In this document: positions 9,762 through 21,000 of the stretch, piece by piece
Layout: every line of letters begins with the position of its first letter
Position numbering within the stretch: the stretch's first letter is position 1
DNA from: an uncultured Bacilli bacterium
GTDB taxonomy: Bacteria; Bacillota_I; Bacilli_A; RF39; UBA660
NCBI GenBank assembly: GCA_934119955.1
Contig: CAKOSZ010000005.1
Coordinates: 53,927 to 117,926 of the forward strand
Direction of reading: 5' to 3'
DNA: 64,000 nucleotides
Program-made: the position numbers and the translations under genes
The notes under the pieces: model-generated
Database searches by the model: none
What the model was told of the DNA's origin: nothing
Seen by the model: only the letters and a program-made list of their open reading frames with translations

Positions 9762-11861
9762 ATGAAAAAAGAGAATGTTAAAGTTAGTAATATAGTTTTA
9801 ATTATAACTCTTTTTTTGTTTTTAATAATAATTGTTAGAGTATCATATGTTGCTTTATCTAAAAAAATAGATGGAATTGATATTCAATCCCTTGCCTCAA
9901 AAAGAACAACCCAAGAAATTATTTTGAAAGCAAATCGTGGAACTATTTTTGATTCCTCAGGAGAAGTTTTGGCCCAAGATGTTTCAAGTTATACATTAAT
10001 TGCTTATTTAGATTCCAAGCGAACAACCAATCCTAAGAATCCTCAACATGTAGTTGATAAAGAAAATACAGCCTTAGTATTATCAGCAATTTTGAATATG
10101 GATAAAGCAACGGTTTTATCTTATTTAAATAAAGAAGGAGTTTATCAAACTGAATTTGGAATTAAAGGAAAAGGACTTAATGAAATAGAAAAAGATACCA
10201 TTCTTGCAACTAATTTACCAGGACTTGATTTTATTGAAACAACTAAACGATATTATCCGTACGGAAAGTTTTTATCTTATTTGATTGGCTATGCTAAATC
10301 AGGTGAAGATGGTAAAATTGTTGGGGAACTTGGAATTGAGAAGTATTATAATGAAAAATTAACTGGTTTAGATGGCAAGACTGTTTATCAAAAAGATTTA
10401 AAAGGTTATAAAATAGCAGGAACTAAGGAAGTTACTACTGATAAGGTGGATGGGTCTAATATATATTTAACTATTGATAATAACATTCAATTCTTTTTAG
10501 AAGAAGCCTTAAATAATGCTAGTAATAAATATGAATTTGATGAAATAGATATAATTGTTGCTAATGCTAAAACAGGGGAAATTCTTGGTTATGCAACAAC
10601 TCCAAGTTTTGATCCTAATATTCGAGATATTAAAAACTATTTAGATTCTAATTCAAGTGTTGCTTTCGAACCAGGTAGTACAATGAAAATTTATACTTAT
10701 ATGGCAAGTTTAGAAGCAGGCGTTTATAAAGGAAATGATTACTATAATTCTGGTAGTTTTGAAACAAAGGATAAAACAATTATTCGTGACTGGAATAAAG
10801 TAGGGTGGGGAAAAATCACCTATGATAAAGGTTTTATTTATTCAAGTAATACAGCAGTTGTTAATTTAATGGATAAATATTTAAGTGCTAATGATTTGAA
10901 AAATTATTTAAAAAAATTAGGATTTGGATCTAAAACTGATATTGGTCTTCCTAATGAAGCAAGTGGTAAAATAGAATTTAAATATGAAACAGAGGTATTT
11001 AATGCGGCTTTTGGACAAGGTATTACAACAACGCCTATTCAACATATTAAAGCCTTAACTGCTATTGCAAATGATGGGGAGTTATTAAAACCTTATATTG
11101 TAAAAGAAATAGTTAATAGTAATGGAGAAAAAATAACTAATAAAAGAACAAGTTTAGGTTTTGTTGCTAGTGAACAAACAGTTTCATATATGAAAAATTT
11201 AATGTGGCATACAGTAAATGATGCAGATGGAGCAGCCCATTATTATCATATAGATGGTTTTGATTTAATAGGAAAAACTGGAACTGCTCAAATTGCAAGT
11301 ACAAATGGAAAAGGTTATTTAACAGGAGATAATGATATTATTAGAAGTGTTGCCTTGATGTTTCCCAAAGATAACCCTGAAATTATTATATACGGTGCAG
11401 CCAAAAGACCAAATAGTATATTAGCCTTATCAATACCTATTAAAGAAATAATTACTAATATATCTAAATATTATAATATTTATGAAAATCAAAATGAAAA
11501 TAATGATTCAACTTATAAGTTAGAAAATTATTTAAATCATAATGTTGAAGTTGTCAAGAATTTAAAAGAAATTAATCCTATTATTCTTGGAAGTGGTAAT
11601 GTTATAATTAATCAGTATCCAATTAACAAAGTTGTAACTAAGTATGATAAAGTATTTATTCTTACTAATAGTAATGACTATACTTTGCCTGATTTAACGG
11701 GATATTCTAAAAGTGATTTAGAGATTTTATTTTCTCTTTTAAAAGTTAATTATACTATTAAAGGAAATGGATATGCTATTAGTCAAAGTATTCCAGCGGG
11801 TACTAAAATAAAAAATGATATAAATATTGAAGTAACACTTGAAAGTAAATTAAAAGAATAA
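9762..11861 (+). CDS. pbpB: Class B penicillin-binding protein (PBP2B/FtsI-like) with C-terminal PASTA repeats
   Basis: N-terminal TM, transpeptidase motifs STMK, SSN, KTGT. Two PASTA-like repeats at the C-terminus. Confidence 0.9.
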   Translation: MKKENVKVSNIVLIITLFLFLIIIVRVSYVALSKKIDGIDIQSLASKRTTQEIILKANRGTIFDSSGEVLAQDVSSYTLIAYLDSKRTTNPKNPQHVVDKENTALVLSAILNMDKATVLSYLNKEGVYQTEFGIKGKGLNEIEKDTILATNLPGLDFIETTKRYYPYGKFLSYLIGYAKSGEDGKIVGELGIEKYYNEKLTGLDGKTVYQKDLKGYKIAGTKEVTTDKVDGSNIYLTIDNNIQFFLEEALNNASNKYEFDEIDIIVANAKTGEILGYATTPSFDPNIRDIKNYLDSNSSVAFEPGSTMKIYTYMASLEAGVYKGNDYYNSGSFETKDKTIIRDWNKVGWGKITYDKGFIYSSNTAVVNLMDKYLSANDLKNYLKKLGFGSKTDIGLPNEASGKIEFKYETEVFNAAFGQGITTTPIQHIKALTAIANDGELLKPYIVKEIVNSNGEKITNKRTSLGFVASEQTVSYMKNLMWHTVNDADGAAHYYHIDGFDLIGKTGTAQIASTNGKGYLTGDNDIIRSVALMFPKDNPEIIIYGAAKRPNSILALSIPIKEIITNISKYYNIYENQNENNDSTYKLENYLNHNVEVVKNLKEINPIILGSGNVIINQYPINKVVTKYDKVFILTNSNDYTLPDLTGYSKSDLEILFSLLKVNYTIKGNGYAISQSIPAGTKIKNDINIEVTLESKLKE

Positions 11862-11984
11862 AATTATTGAGCAAATAGTAATATCTATTTGTTTTTTTAT
11901 TTTAAAGAGTGTCTGTATTTTTTATGCTTTAAAATTATTTTAAAAGAACTAACGACTTTTAATCATTAGTTCTTTTATCATTTA

Positions 11985-14798
11985 TTATTCTTTTATAACT
12001 ATTTTATTAGATACACTATTTATGTAACCATTGTAATCAATTGTATAAGTAATTGTATAGGTTTCAGCAGTATCACTTGAAATTTTATCAACAGTTTCCA
12101 TACTACTATTTAAAATTTTAATAGTTAAGTAACTAGATAAACTACTATCTACTTTTTTACCATTTTCTTTTAGAACAACTAAACTGCCATCATATAAACT
12201 TTTATCGATTGTATCACCAACTTTTAAGTAAGTTGTATTTTTATTTTTTATTGATAATTCATAAGTTTTTGTATCTTGTAACTTACGGCTAACACCTGAT
12301 GACATACTATTAGTAGTATCTTTATAACCAGTTTTAATTGTATAAGTTCCAATGTAATCATCCAATTCATCAATTACATAACTTGTTTTAGTTGTAAATC
12401 CTATTTCTTTACCATCAAAGTAAATATAATATCCTAAAACTCCATCATCTAAGTAACCTGGATCACTTACTTTGTTCCAACTTAAAGTTACTTTTTTGTT
12501 TTTATAATTAATAGTGAAATTAGTTGGATTATCTAATTTTGAATAAGTAGTTGAATATTCAGTTGGTTCAGTTCCTTTTTTAAATAATTCATATAATACT
12601 TGATTTTCTGGGGTATTACTACTAGCAAGAAGAGGAGGGTTAGTACCTGCTTCAACTTTAACTTTAACAACACTGCTTGGCATTTCAAAGTCAGTTCCAT
12701 CATGATTAAATCCAACATTTGCTAAGGCATTAAATAATACGGCTCTTTGGATTGTTGCTTTACCCCAATGTAAGGCTCTTTCAGGATGTTCTTTATCAAG
12801 AGATTTATAACCATACCATAATGAAATAACTGTTTTATTAGTATAACCCATAACCCAAGTATCATTAATAGCATCACTTGGTAGGCCTGGATAATTTTTC
12901 CAAGTATTTGATGGAAAGTTAGTAGTACCGGTTTTAGCAGCAAAGTTATCTGTTATTTTGTAAACTGCACTACGCATTCTCCATTCCTTAGCCGCAACAT
13001 CTTTTAAAACATCAGTTATCATATAAGCAGTAGAGTCACTTATTATTTGCTTTGTTTCATTTGTATTTTCAATAGTTTCCCCAGTTGATCTAATAACAAT
13101 TTTTGATACTAAATAAGGTTCTGTGTATTTACCACCATTGGAAAATACTTGATAAGCTCCAGCCATTTGCATAGGATTAGCACCATTAAATGCTCCAATT
13201 GCATGGGCTTCATGAATTGTATTACCACTAATTTCTGGAGTAATACCAATGCTTGTTACAAATTCAATAATTTTCTTTTTATCAACTTGTTGGAAAGCCT
13301 TTAAAGCAGGAACGTTTCTAGAATCGGATAGGGCATATCTTAATGTAATTGTTCCTTTATGTTGACCATCCCAGTTAGTTATTTCTTTTCCACCGGTATA
13401 AGTATAATATGAATCATTAAATAAAGTATAAGTTGACCAATTATTATATTCAATACCAGGACCATAATCAAATAATGGTTTAGCAGTAGATCCTATTTGA
13501 CGTTTCATATCACTTGAAGCAGCAAAGTTGTATACTTTTTGATCAGTGCTTCTACTTGTAAGAATAGCCTCAACTTTTCCAGTTTGAGAATCTAAAACAA
13601 CCGCACCTGCTTGAACATAGTCATCAATCCAAGCGTAAGATTTACCAGCAATAATATCGTTAATTCCATCTTGTTTTTTTCTATTCATATTAGTATAAAT
13701 TAACATTGATGTTTTGTTAGGATCAAGTCCATATTTCTTTTCTATTTCATCACATAATGTATCAATGTAACCTTGATAAGCACTTTGATTAGAAAAATCA
13801 GAAATTATTAAGGAAGTAACAGGAATACTATTAGCAAGTTCTGCTTCTTCTTTTGTAATATATCCGTGTCTTACCATTAAATTTAAAACTGTTTTACGAC
13901 GTTTTTCAGCTCTTTCAGGATATTTATAGGGATTATAAGAACCAGGTGCTTGATACATTCCAGCAAGAAGGGATGCTTCGGCTAAATTAAGTTCCCCAGC
14001 AGATTTACCAAAATAAGTTTGGCTTGCTTCTTCAACTCCCCAAGCACTTCCTAAGTTATGGTTATTAATATAAAATTCAATTATTTGTTCCTTGGTATAA
14101 TTTTTTTCAAGTTTAAATACAGCAAGATAAATATCTGTAAATTTACGAATAATTCCTTTTATACCACTACTTGTTGTATCAGTAAAATTGTTTTTTATAA
14201 CTTGCATTGAAATAGTAGATCCACCACCAGCATCATCTTGACCTAATAATTGTTTAATAGCAGCCTTAGAAAATCTTGCAATATCAACTCCATTATGTTG
14301 AAAGTATCTTGAATCCTCCGTAGCAATTAAAGCATCAATAAATACCTCAGCAACATCATCATACTCTATATTTTCTCTTTTTTGTTTTCCAAGTTTAGCA
14401 AATTCATTACCATCACTATCATACAAAATAGTAGATTCTTTATATTTTAATTTTTCTGTATCAAACTTATCACTTGCATTTTTAGCAATATAAATAAAGA
14501 ATGCTCCCACTGATATAATACCTAAAATTGCAAATAAAAGGAAAACAATTAAAATAACTTTCAAAATCTTTCTTTGTTTCTTTTTCTTTTTAGTAGCATC
14601 TAAAAGTCTTGCAAATCCTAAAATAATTAATAGACCTACTAAACTAATTAAAGCAATTGTTATATCATATAAAAAGTAAAATACTAAGGAAATTATTAAA
14701 ACTATGGTAAGTGCTATAAGAAAGCCATTATTAACCTTAACTTTTATATTTCTTTTTATACTTTTATTATTCTTATTATTATTTTTTTCTTTTTTCAT
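11985..14798 (-). CDS. ponA: Class A bifunctional PBP (glycosyltransferase + transpeptidase) with FN3-like and extra C-terminal domains
   Basis: GT51 motifs EDSRYFQHNGVD and GGSTISMQ. Transpeptidase motifs STAKP, SRN, KTGT. The ATG at 14798 overlaps the recU stop (ATGA). Confidence 0.9.
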   Translation of the reverse strand: MKKEKNNNKNNKSIKRNIKVKVNNGFLIALTIVLIISLVFYFLYDITIALISLVGLLIILGFARLLDATKKKKKQRKILKVILIVFLLFAILGIISVGAFFIYIAKNASDKFDTEKLKYKESTILYDSDGNEFAKLGKQKRENIEYDDVAEVFIDALIATEDSRYFQHNGVDIARFSKAAIKQLLGQDDAGGGSTISMQVIKNNFTDTTSSGIKGIIRKFTDIYLAVFKLEKNYTKEQIIEFYINNHNLGSAWGVEEASQTYFGKSAGELNLAEASLLAGMYQAPGSYNPYKYPERAEKRRKTVLNLMVRHGYITKEEAELANSIPVTSLIISDFSNQSAYQGYIDTLCDEIEKKYGLDPNKTSMLIYTNMNRKKQDGINDIIAGKSYAWIDDYVQAGAVVLDSQTGKVEAILTSRSTDQKVYNFAASSDMKRQIGSTAKPLFDYGPGIEYNNWSTYTLFNDSYYTYTGGKEITNWDGQHKGTITLRYALSDSRNVPALKAFQQVDKKKIIEFVTSIGITPEISGNTIHEAHAIGAFNGANPMQMAGAYQVFSNGGKYTEPYLVSKIVIRSTGETIENTNETKQIISDSTAYMITDVLKDVAAKEWRMRSAVYKITDNFAAKTGTTNFPSNTWKNYPGLPSDAINDTWVMGYTNKTVISLWYGYKSLDKEHPERALHWGKATIQRAVLFNALANVGFNHDGTDFEMPSSVVKVKVEAGTNPPLLASSNTPENQVLYELFKKGTEPTEYSTTYSKLDNPTNFTINYKNKKVTLSWNKVSDPGYLDDGVLGYYIYFDGKEIGFTTKTSYVIDELDDYIGTYTIKTGYKDTTNSMSSGVSRKLQDTKTYELSIKNKNTTYLKVGDTIDKSLYDGSLVVLKENGKKVDSSLSSYLTIKILNSSMETVDKISSDTAETYTITYTIDYNGYINSVSNKIVIKE

Positions 14799-15364
14799 GA
14801 TAACCTCCAAATTTTATCAATTATTTCTAAATAATCCACTCTTTTAATAAATTTTTCTTTAATTAAATATCCTTTTTCCTTAATATAGGTAAGAGGAACA
14901 ATACTTTTATTAATATTATCAAAATAATTTAAAAAATCATTTGCCATTAATAAATAAGTTTCATTTATTGCTGTAAACCTAATAATTAAAAAACAAATTC
15001 CTTTTTGACTTAATATATTTCTTAGATGAGTTATTTGATGTATGTGAATATTACTAATAGGAAAACCTTTTAAATTCTTAGTTTCCTTAGCCTCAAAGTC
15101 AATATAATAACCTTTGTATATACCATTATAATCAGTTGTAGATGGTTCACTATAATATGCTTCTTTAATGACTCTATTTCCATTTTCATTAAATGTTGCT
15201 TTCACAACTTTAATAGGAGTAGGCTTTTTATAGATAAAAGCAATATTATTTTCTATATAATAGTTATTAGTTATATTTAAATCATTTTCTAAATCCATAC
15301 CACGATTTTTATACGTAGTATTTTTATTTATAATTTCTTTTTTTATTCCATTTGGGTAATTCAT
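14795..15364 (-). CDS. recU: Holliday junction resolvase RecU
   Basis: NRGMDLENDLN...DYNGIY.G.YIDFEAKET motif. Conserved recU-ponA operon. Confidence 0.9.
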   Translation of the reverse strand: MNYPNGIKKEIINKNTTYKNRGMDLENDLNITNNYYIENNIAFIYKKPTPIKVVKATFNENGNRVIKEAYYSEPSTTDYNGIYKGYYIDFEAKETKNLKGFPISNIHIHQITHLRNILSQKGICFLIIRFTAINETYLLMANDFLNYFDNINKSIVPLTYIKEKGYLIKEKFIKRVDYLEIIDKIWRLS

Positions 15365-15637
15365 AACATCACCATTAAATTATACTATAAATTTTAACTT
15401 TTTTCTACTAAATTTGATTAATTTAACTTTTTCTTTTTATATTTTATTAAATTTAAATTAATATTTTTTAATTCTTTCCTGTAATAATTATTAATAATAT
15501 GTTTTCTTTTATTAATTTATATTTGTCAAGTATTGACATTTAAGTAAAAAATATTTTTCTACTTGGATTTTATTTGTTTCTACTAGGAATTTAATAAATA
15601 TTTAAATGATAGTAAAAATTAAATCAGTAAAAATGTA

Positions 15638-15666
15638 TTGACAGAACGTTAAAAAAAACTTAAAAT
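15638..15666 (+). promoter_or_regulatory. Promoter upstream of rny
   Basis: TTGACA, 17-nt spacer, TAAAAT. Confidence 0.55.
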
Positions 15667-15804
15667 GAATTTAGATGTTATGTTTTATATTTTTGTATAT
15701 AGATTTTTAAATATTATAATTAATAGACTTTAATGTTAAGACATAGTCTAAACCGTGGTATTCGGAGATTGCTAATTAGAATAATACTAGAAAGGATAGG
15801 AAAA

Positions 15805-17358
15805 ATGGATAATACACTTATTAACATTTTGCTTGGCCTTGTAGGAATAGTTGTAGGAGGAATTGGTACTATAATAGTTTATAATATCAAAGGAAATTCT
15901 ATCCAAAAGAAAATGAGTTCAATGCTTGAAAATGCTAAGCGTGAAAATGATAAATTGAAAAGAGATTCTATTTTAGAAGCAAAAGAAGAGATGCATAAAT
16001 TAAAAATTGAAACTGAAAAAGAAATTAAAGAAAAAAAATTAGAATTAAAAGAGTCTGAAAATCGTTTATCACAAAGAGAAAGTAATATGGATAAAAGAGA
16101 TCTTTTGTTTCAAAAAAGAGAAGAAGCACTAGATGAACGTGAATCTAAAATTACTAATAAACAAGCAACTATTATGGAAGAACAAGCAAAAATTGAAGAA
16201 ATTAAAAATGAACAAATTAGAGTTTTACAAGATTTATCTGGTATTTCAAGAAATGAGGCTAAAACTCTTGTTATGGAGAAAGTTAAAGAATCTTTATCAC
16301 TTGAAATTGCTAATTATGTTAAAGAAAGAGAAAATGAGGCTAAGTTAGAATGTGATAAAAAAGCACGTGAAATGTTAGTTTTATCAATGCAAAGATATGC
16401 TGCTGATGTAAGTGAGGAGCAAACTGTAACCGTTGTTTCATTACCAAATGATGAGATGAAGGGAAGAATTATTGGTAGAGAAGGAAGAAATATAAGAACA
16501 ATTGAAGCAATAACTGGAGTTGATTTGATAATAGATGATACCCCAGAAGCAGTTGTTTTATCAAGTTTTGATCCGCTAAGACGTGAAATTGCTCGTATAA
16601 CTTTGGAAACGCTTATTAAAGATGGCAGAATACATCCAACAAGAATTGAAGAATTATATGATAAAACTTGTAAAGATGTTAATCAAAAAATTATTGAATA
16701 TGGCCAAAATGCTTTATTTCGTCTAGGTTTAACAAAGGTTGATCCTAAGTTAGTTGAAATTATTGGTAAATTACATTTTAGAACAAGTTATGGTCAAAAT
16801 GCCCTAACTCATTCAATTGAAGTTGCTGAACTTGCTGGAACTTTGGCTGGGGAGTTAGGAGAAAATGTAAATTTAGCTAAACGTGCTGGACTTTTACACG
16901 ATATAGGAAAAGCAATTGATCATGAAGTAGAAGGTAGCCATGTTGAAATTGGAGTTGAACTTGCTAAAAAGTATCATGAACCAAAAGAAGTTATTAATGC
17001 AATAGCATCACATCATGGAGATACAGAGGCAACTTGTGTTATTTCAACCATAGTTTCTATTTGTGATTCTTTATCAGCATCACGTCCAGGTGCAAGAAAT
17101 GATTCTTTGGAAAATTATTTAAAACGTTTAGAACAACTTGAAAAAGTAACAGTTGATATTCCAGGAATTGCTTCTACATTTGCAGTTCAAGCAGGTCGTG
17201 AACTTAGAGTTATTGTAAAACCTGAGGAAGTTGATGATTTAACAAGTTTCAAAATTGCTCGTGATGTAAAAGAAAAAATAGAAAAAGAAATGCAATATCC
17301 AGGTACAATTAAAGTAACTGTTATAAGAGAAGTGAGAGCTCAAGAAGAAGCTAAATAG
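15805..17358 (+). CDS. rny: Ribonuclease Y
   Basis: N-terminal TM, long coiled coil, KH domain ([12 protein letters not shown]), HD domain (LLHDIGK). Start set at the ATG at 15805 behind an AAAGGA RBS. Confidence 0.95.
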   Translation: MDNTLINILLGLVGIVVGGIGTIIVYNIKGNSIQKKMSSMLENAKRENDKLKRDSILEAKEEMHKLKIETEKEIKEKKLELKESENRLSQRESNMDKRDLLFQKREEALDERESKITNKQATIMEEQAKIEEIKNEQIRVLQDLSGISRNEAKTLVMEKVKESLSLEIANYVKERENEAKLECDKKAREMLVLSMQRYAADVSEEQTVTVVSLPNDEMKGRIIGREGRNIRTIEAITGVDLIIDDTPEAVVLSSFDPLRREIARITLETLIKDGRIHPTRIEELYDKTCKDVNQKIIEYGQNALFRLGLTKVDPKLVEIIGKLHFRTSYGQNALTHSIEVAELAGTLAGELGENVNLAKRAGLLHDIGKAIDHEVEGSHVEIGVELAKKYHEPKEVINAIASHHGDTEATCVISTIVSICDSLSASRPGARNDSLENYLKRLEQLEKVTVDIPGIASTFAVQAGRELRVIVKPEEVDDLTSFKIARDVKEKIEKEMQYPGTIKVTVIREVRAQEEAK

Positions 17359-17384
17359 TTTCTTCTTTTGTTTAAGGTGGTTTT

Positions 17385-17936
17385 ATGGAATTTAATAAGA
17401 TTTATTTAGTTATTAAAAGTAATAAAAATTATTTAAAAACATTTTCTAGTTTAGAAGAATTAGATGAATTTACTAAAAAGTATATTGATAAAGACGAATT
17501 ATTAAAAGAAAATGGTTTTTTAGAGGGAAATATTTATGCTTATTATTTATCAAATGATAAAATTAATTTTTTAAAAATAGTTTATAAATATGATTTAGTT
17601 CCAGATATTAACTTTTGTTTAAAAGAAATAGAAGAAATAATAAATTATGTTGATAATCTAATTAAGGATAATATTAGTTACCGAGAAAATGATATAAACA
17701 AGTATTTGCATTTTTTACATAAGAAAAAATATGTATTAAGTTTAGAAGAAAAAGCATCTTTAAAAAACTATATTATGTTTAGAAATCAAAAATATAAAAA
17801 AAGATTATTAATTACTCTTAAAAATAGATTTTTAATGAGTTCTAGTATTATTCTTTTAAAGTATAGAACGTTTTCATCTAAAATGATTAGTTCTAAAACA
17901 AATGATAATGATAATAAAATTAAGAAAATTAAATAA
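17385..17936 (+). CDS. Hypothetical protein
   Basis: ORF with RBS AAGGTGG. No recognisable motif. Confidence 0.5.
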   Translation: MEFNKIYLVIKSNKNYLKTFSSLEELDEFTKKYIDKDELLKENGFLEGNIYAYYLSNDKINFLKIVYKYDLVPDINFCLKEIEEIINYVDNLIKDNISYRENDINKYLHFLHKKKYVLSLEEKASLKNYIMFRNQKYKKRLLITLKNRFLMSSSIILLKYRTFSSKMISSKTNDNDNKIKKIK

Positions 17937-18022
17937 TAGTGTTAAATTTATTATATTTTTAATCATTTTTGTTTTTCTGTGATATAATTTTGTTGTTTAG
18001 AGTATATATTATGGAGGTTTTT

Positions 18023-21000
18023 ATGTATAAAATAATGGATGGGAATGAAGCATGTAGTTATGTTTCATATAATTTTACAGAGTTAGCAGGAATTTATCCA
18101 ATTACACCTAGTAGTCCAATGGCAGAGCTTATTGATTCATATAGTAATGATAAAACTAATTTTTTTGGTTCTCATGTTAAAGTTGTTGAGATGCAAAGTG
18201 AAGCAGGGGCAATTGGACTTGTGCATGGTAGTTTATTATCAGGTGTTTTAACTACAACTTATACAGCAAGTCAAGGACTTTTATTAATGATACCTAATAT
18301 GTATAAAATAGCAGGAGAAGGATTACCTATGGTTATGAATGTTGCTGCCAGAAGTTTAGCAACTCATGCCTTGTCAATTATGGGAGATCATCAAGATATC
18401 TATGCAACAAGGGCAACTGGTTTTGCTATTCTTGCTAATAGTTCACCTCAGGAAGTAATGGATTTAACGAGTGTTGCTCATTTATCTGCTATTAAAGGAC
18501 ATATTCCTTTCTTAAACTTTTTTGATGGTTTCAGAACTAGTCATGAACTACAAAAAGTAGAACTTATAGATTTAGGAAAGGTTTCTAAATTAATTGATAA
18601 AAAAGAATTGCAAAAGTTTAGAAATGGAGGAATTAATTTAGATAATCCACATACTTTTGGAACTTGTCAAATGGATGATGTGTATTTTCAGTATGCTGAG
18701 GCTAAAAATAGTTTTTATGATAATTTACCTGATGTTGTAAATGAATATATGGAAGAAATTAATTCGATTACAGGAAAGTGTTATAAACCATTTAACTATT
18801 ATGGAAGTCCAACTGCTAAATCTATTATTGCTGCTATGGGTAGTGTTTGTGAAACAATAAAAGAAACAGTTGATTATTTAAATAGTCAAGGACTTGATTA
18901 TGGACTTATTGAAGTACATTTATATAGACCTTTTTCAAGTAAATATTTATTAAAAGTATTACCTCAAAGTGTTAAAAAAATAGCAGTTTTAGATAGAACT
19001 AAGGAAAATGGTAGCAATGCACCTTTATACTTAGATATTTCAAACTTTGTTAAAGAAAATAAACTTGATATAGAAGTATTTGGAGGAAGATATGGTTTAT
19101 CAGGAAAAGATACTAATCCAAGTCATATTAAAACAGTTTATGATTATTTAAATAATGGTAAAATATTTAATAATTTTACTATTTCAATTGTTGATGATGT
19201 AACAAATTTAAGTCTAAAAACAACTAAATTTAATGTTCCAAGTAAAAACTATGAAATGTTAATATATGGTTTTGGATCAGATGGAATGGTTTCAGCATCT
19301 AAGGATATTATTAAAATAACTGGTACAGGTAGTAAGGCTTTTGTTCAAGGATATTTTGAATATGATTCTAAAAAATCAGGCGGAGTTACAATTAGTCATT
19401 TAAGATTTGGAGCAAATCCAATTAGATCAACTTATTATATAAATATGGCTAATACGATTGTGGTTACTAAGGATAGTTATTTAAATAAATTTGAAATTTT
19501 AACAAGAATTAAAGAAAATGGAACATTTATTCTAAATACTGAAAGAAGTAGGGATGAAGTATTAGAATTAATGAGTAGTAAAGATAAAGATATAATTAGA
19601 AAAAATAGAGTTAAATTTTATATTATAAATGCTTCTAAAATAGCAGATGATGTGGGACTTCCTGGTAAAATTAGTTCTATTATGGAAGCATTGATATTTA
19701 AACTTTGTCATATAATTGATTATAAATATGCAATTAAAGAAATTGAAAATAGTTTGGAGAAAAAGTTTAAAAATAAAGGTAATAATATCTTAGAAAAAAA
19801 TTTAGAAGCTATTAAAATGATTGATAAATATGAAGAAGTAGTTATTGAAAAAAAAGATGTAGGAGATTTAACTAATAATAAAGATGGTATGACTATTTTT
19901 GAAGTTTTACAAAAAAGAATGGGTGATAAGATACCAGTTTCTTCGTTTGTATCTAATTATAATGGAATGACACCTCCTATTTCAAGTTCTCTTGAAAGAA
20001 GATACACATCAAGTGTTTCACCATACTATAATAAAAATAATTGTATTGGTTGTAATATGTGTTCATTTGTTTGTCCTCATGCTGTTATTAGACCATATCT
20101 TTTATCAAATGAAGAATATGAGGCTGCTCCTGAATATGTTAGAGAAAGATGTATTGATACCTCAGTTAAAAGTAAAATATATAAATTTACAATTGCTGTT
20201 AATGTTGCTAATTGTACAGGTTGTGGTTTATGTGTAAATGCTTGTCCTGGTAAAAAAGGTAATAAGGCTTTAAGTTTAGTAGATATTAAAAAGTTATTAA
20301 ATGAAAAAGAACAAAAAAGATTTGAATATTTAGAAAAAAATATTGAAGAAAAACGAGTTTTAGATAAATTTACTGTGAAAGGAAGTCAATTTGTAAAACC
20401 TAAGTTTATGTATCCAGGAGCATGTAGTGGCTGTGGGGAAACACCTTATTTAAAACTAATGACTCAGTTATTTGGTGATAATTTGGTTGTTGCAAATGCA
20501 ACAGGTTGTTCATCTATTTATTCAGCATCATATCCATCTATGGCTTACAATGTTCCATGGGCAAATTCTTTATTTGAAGATAATGCTGAATTTGGACTTG
20601 GTATGTGTGTTGCAGATTTAACTATTAAAGAACATATTAAAGATATTGTCAAAGAAAAAATTAAAAATAGTGATGATGAAACTATTCAAATATTTGATGA
20701 ATATTTGGCTGATTCTAAGGAAAACTATTTAAAATTATATGATTATGTTACTAATAGTAAAGATAAAGATTTACTTCCTTATAAAAATTTTATTAAAGAA
20801 AAAACTTTCTTCTTAGTAGGAGGAGATGGTTGGGCTTATGATATAGGTTTTTCGGGAATTGATCATGTTTTAAGTAATAATTACAATGTAAATATTTTAG
20901 TACTTGATACAGAAGTATATTCTAATACTGGTGGTCAATCTAGTAAATCAAGTCAAATTGGAGTAGTTGCAAAATTTGCAAGTCATGGAAAATATAGTAA

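Noticed and set aside
12533-12943. Two minus-strand ORFs (12533-12718, 12722-12943) in another frame of ponA
   Set aside because: They lie on the same strand as ponA but out of frame. The ponA frame carries the diagnostic PBP motifs, so these are shadow ORFs.
16133-20237. Out-of-frame same-strand ORFs 16133-16348 (in rny) and 19992-20237 (in PFOR). The same applies to 50672-50968 (in the AI-2E transporter gene).
   Set aside because: They are embedded in genes whose main frame has clear family motifs. Their composition is repetitive Leu/Lys and they have no RBS.
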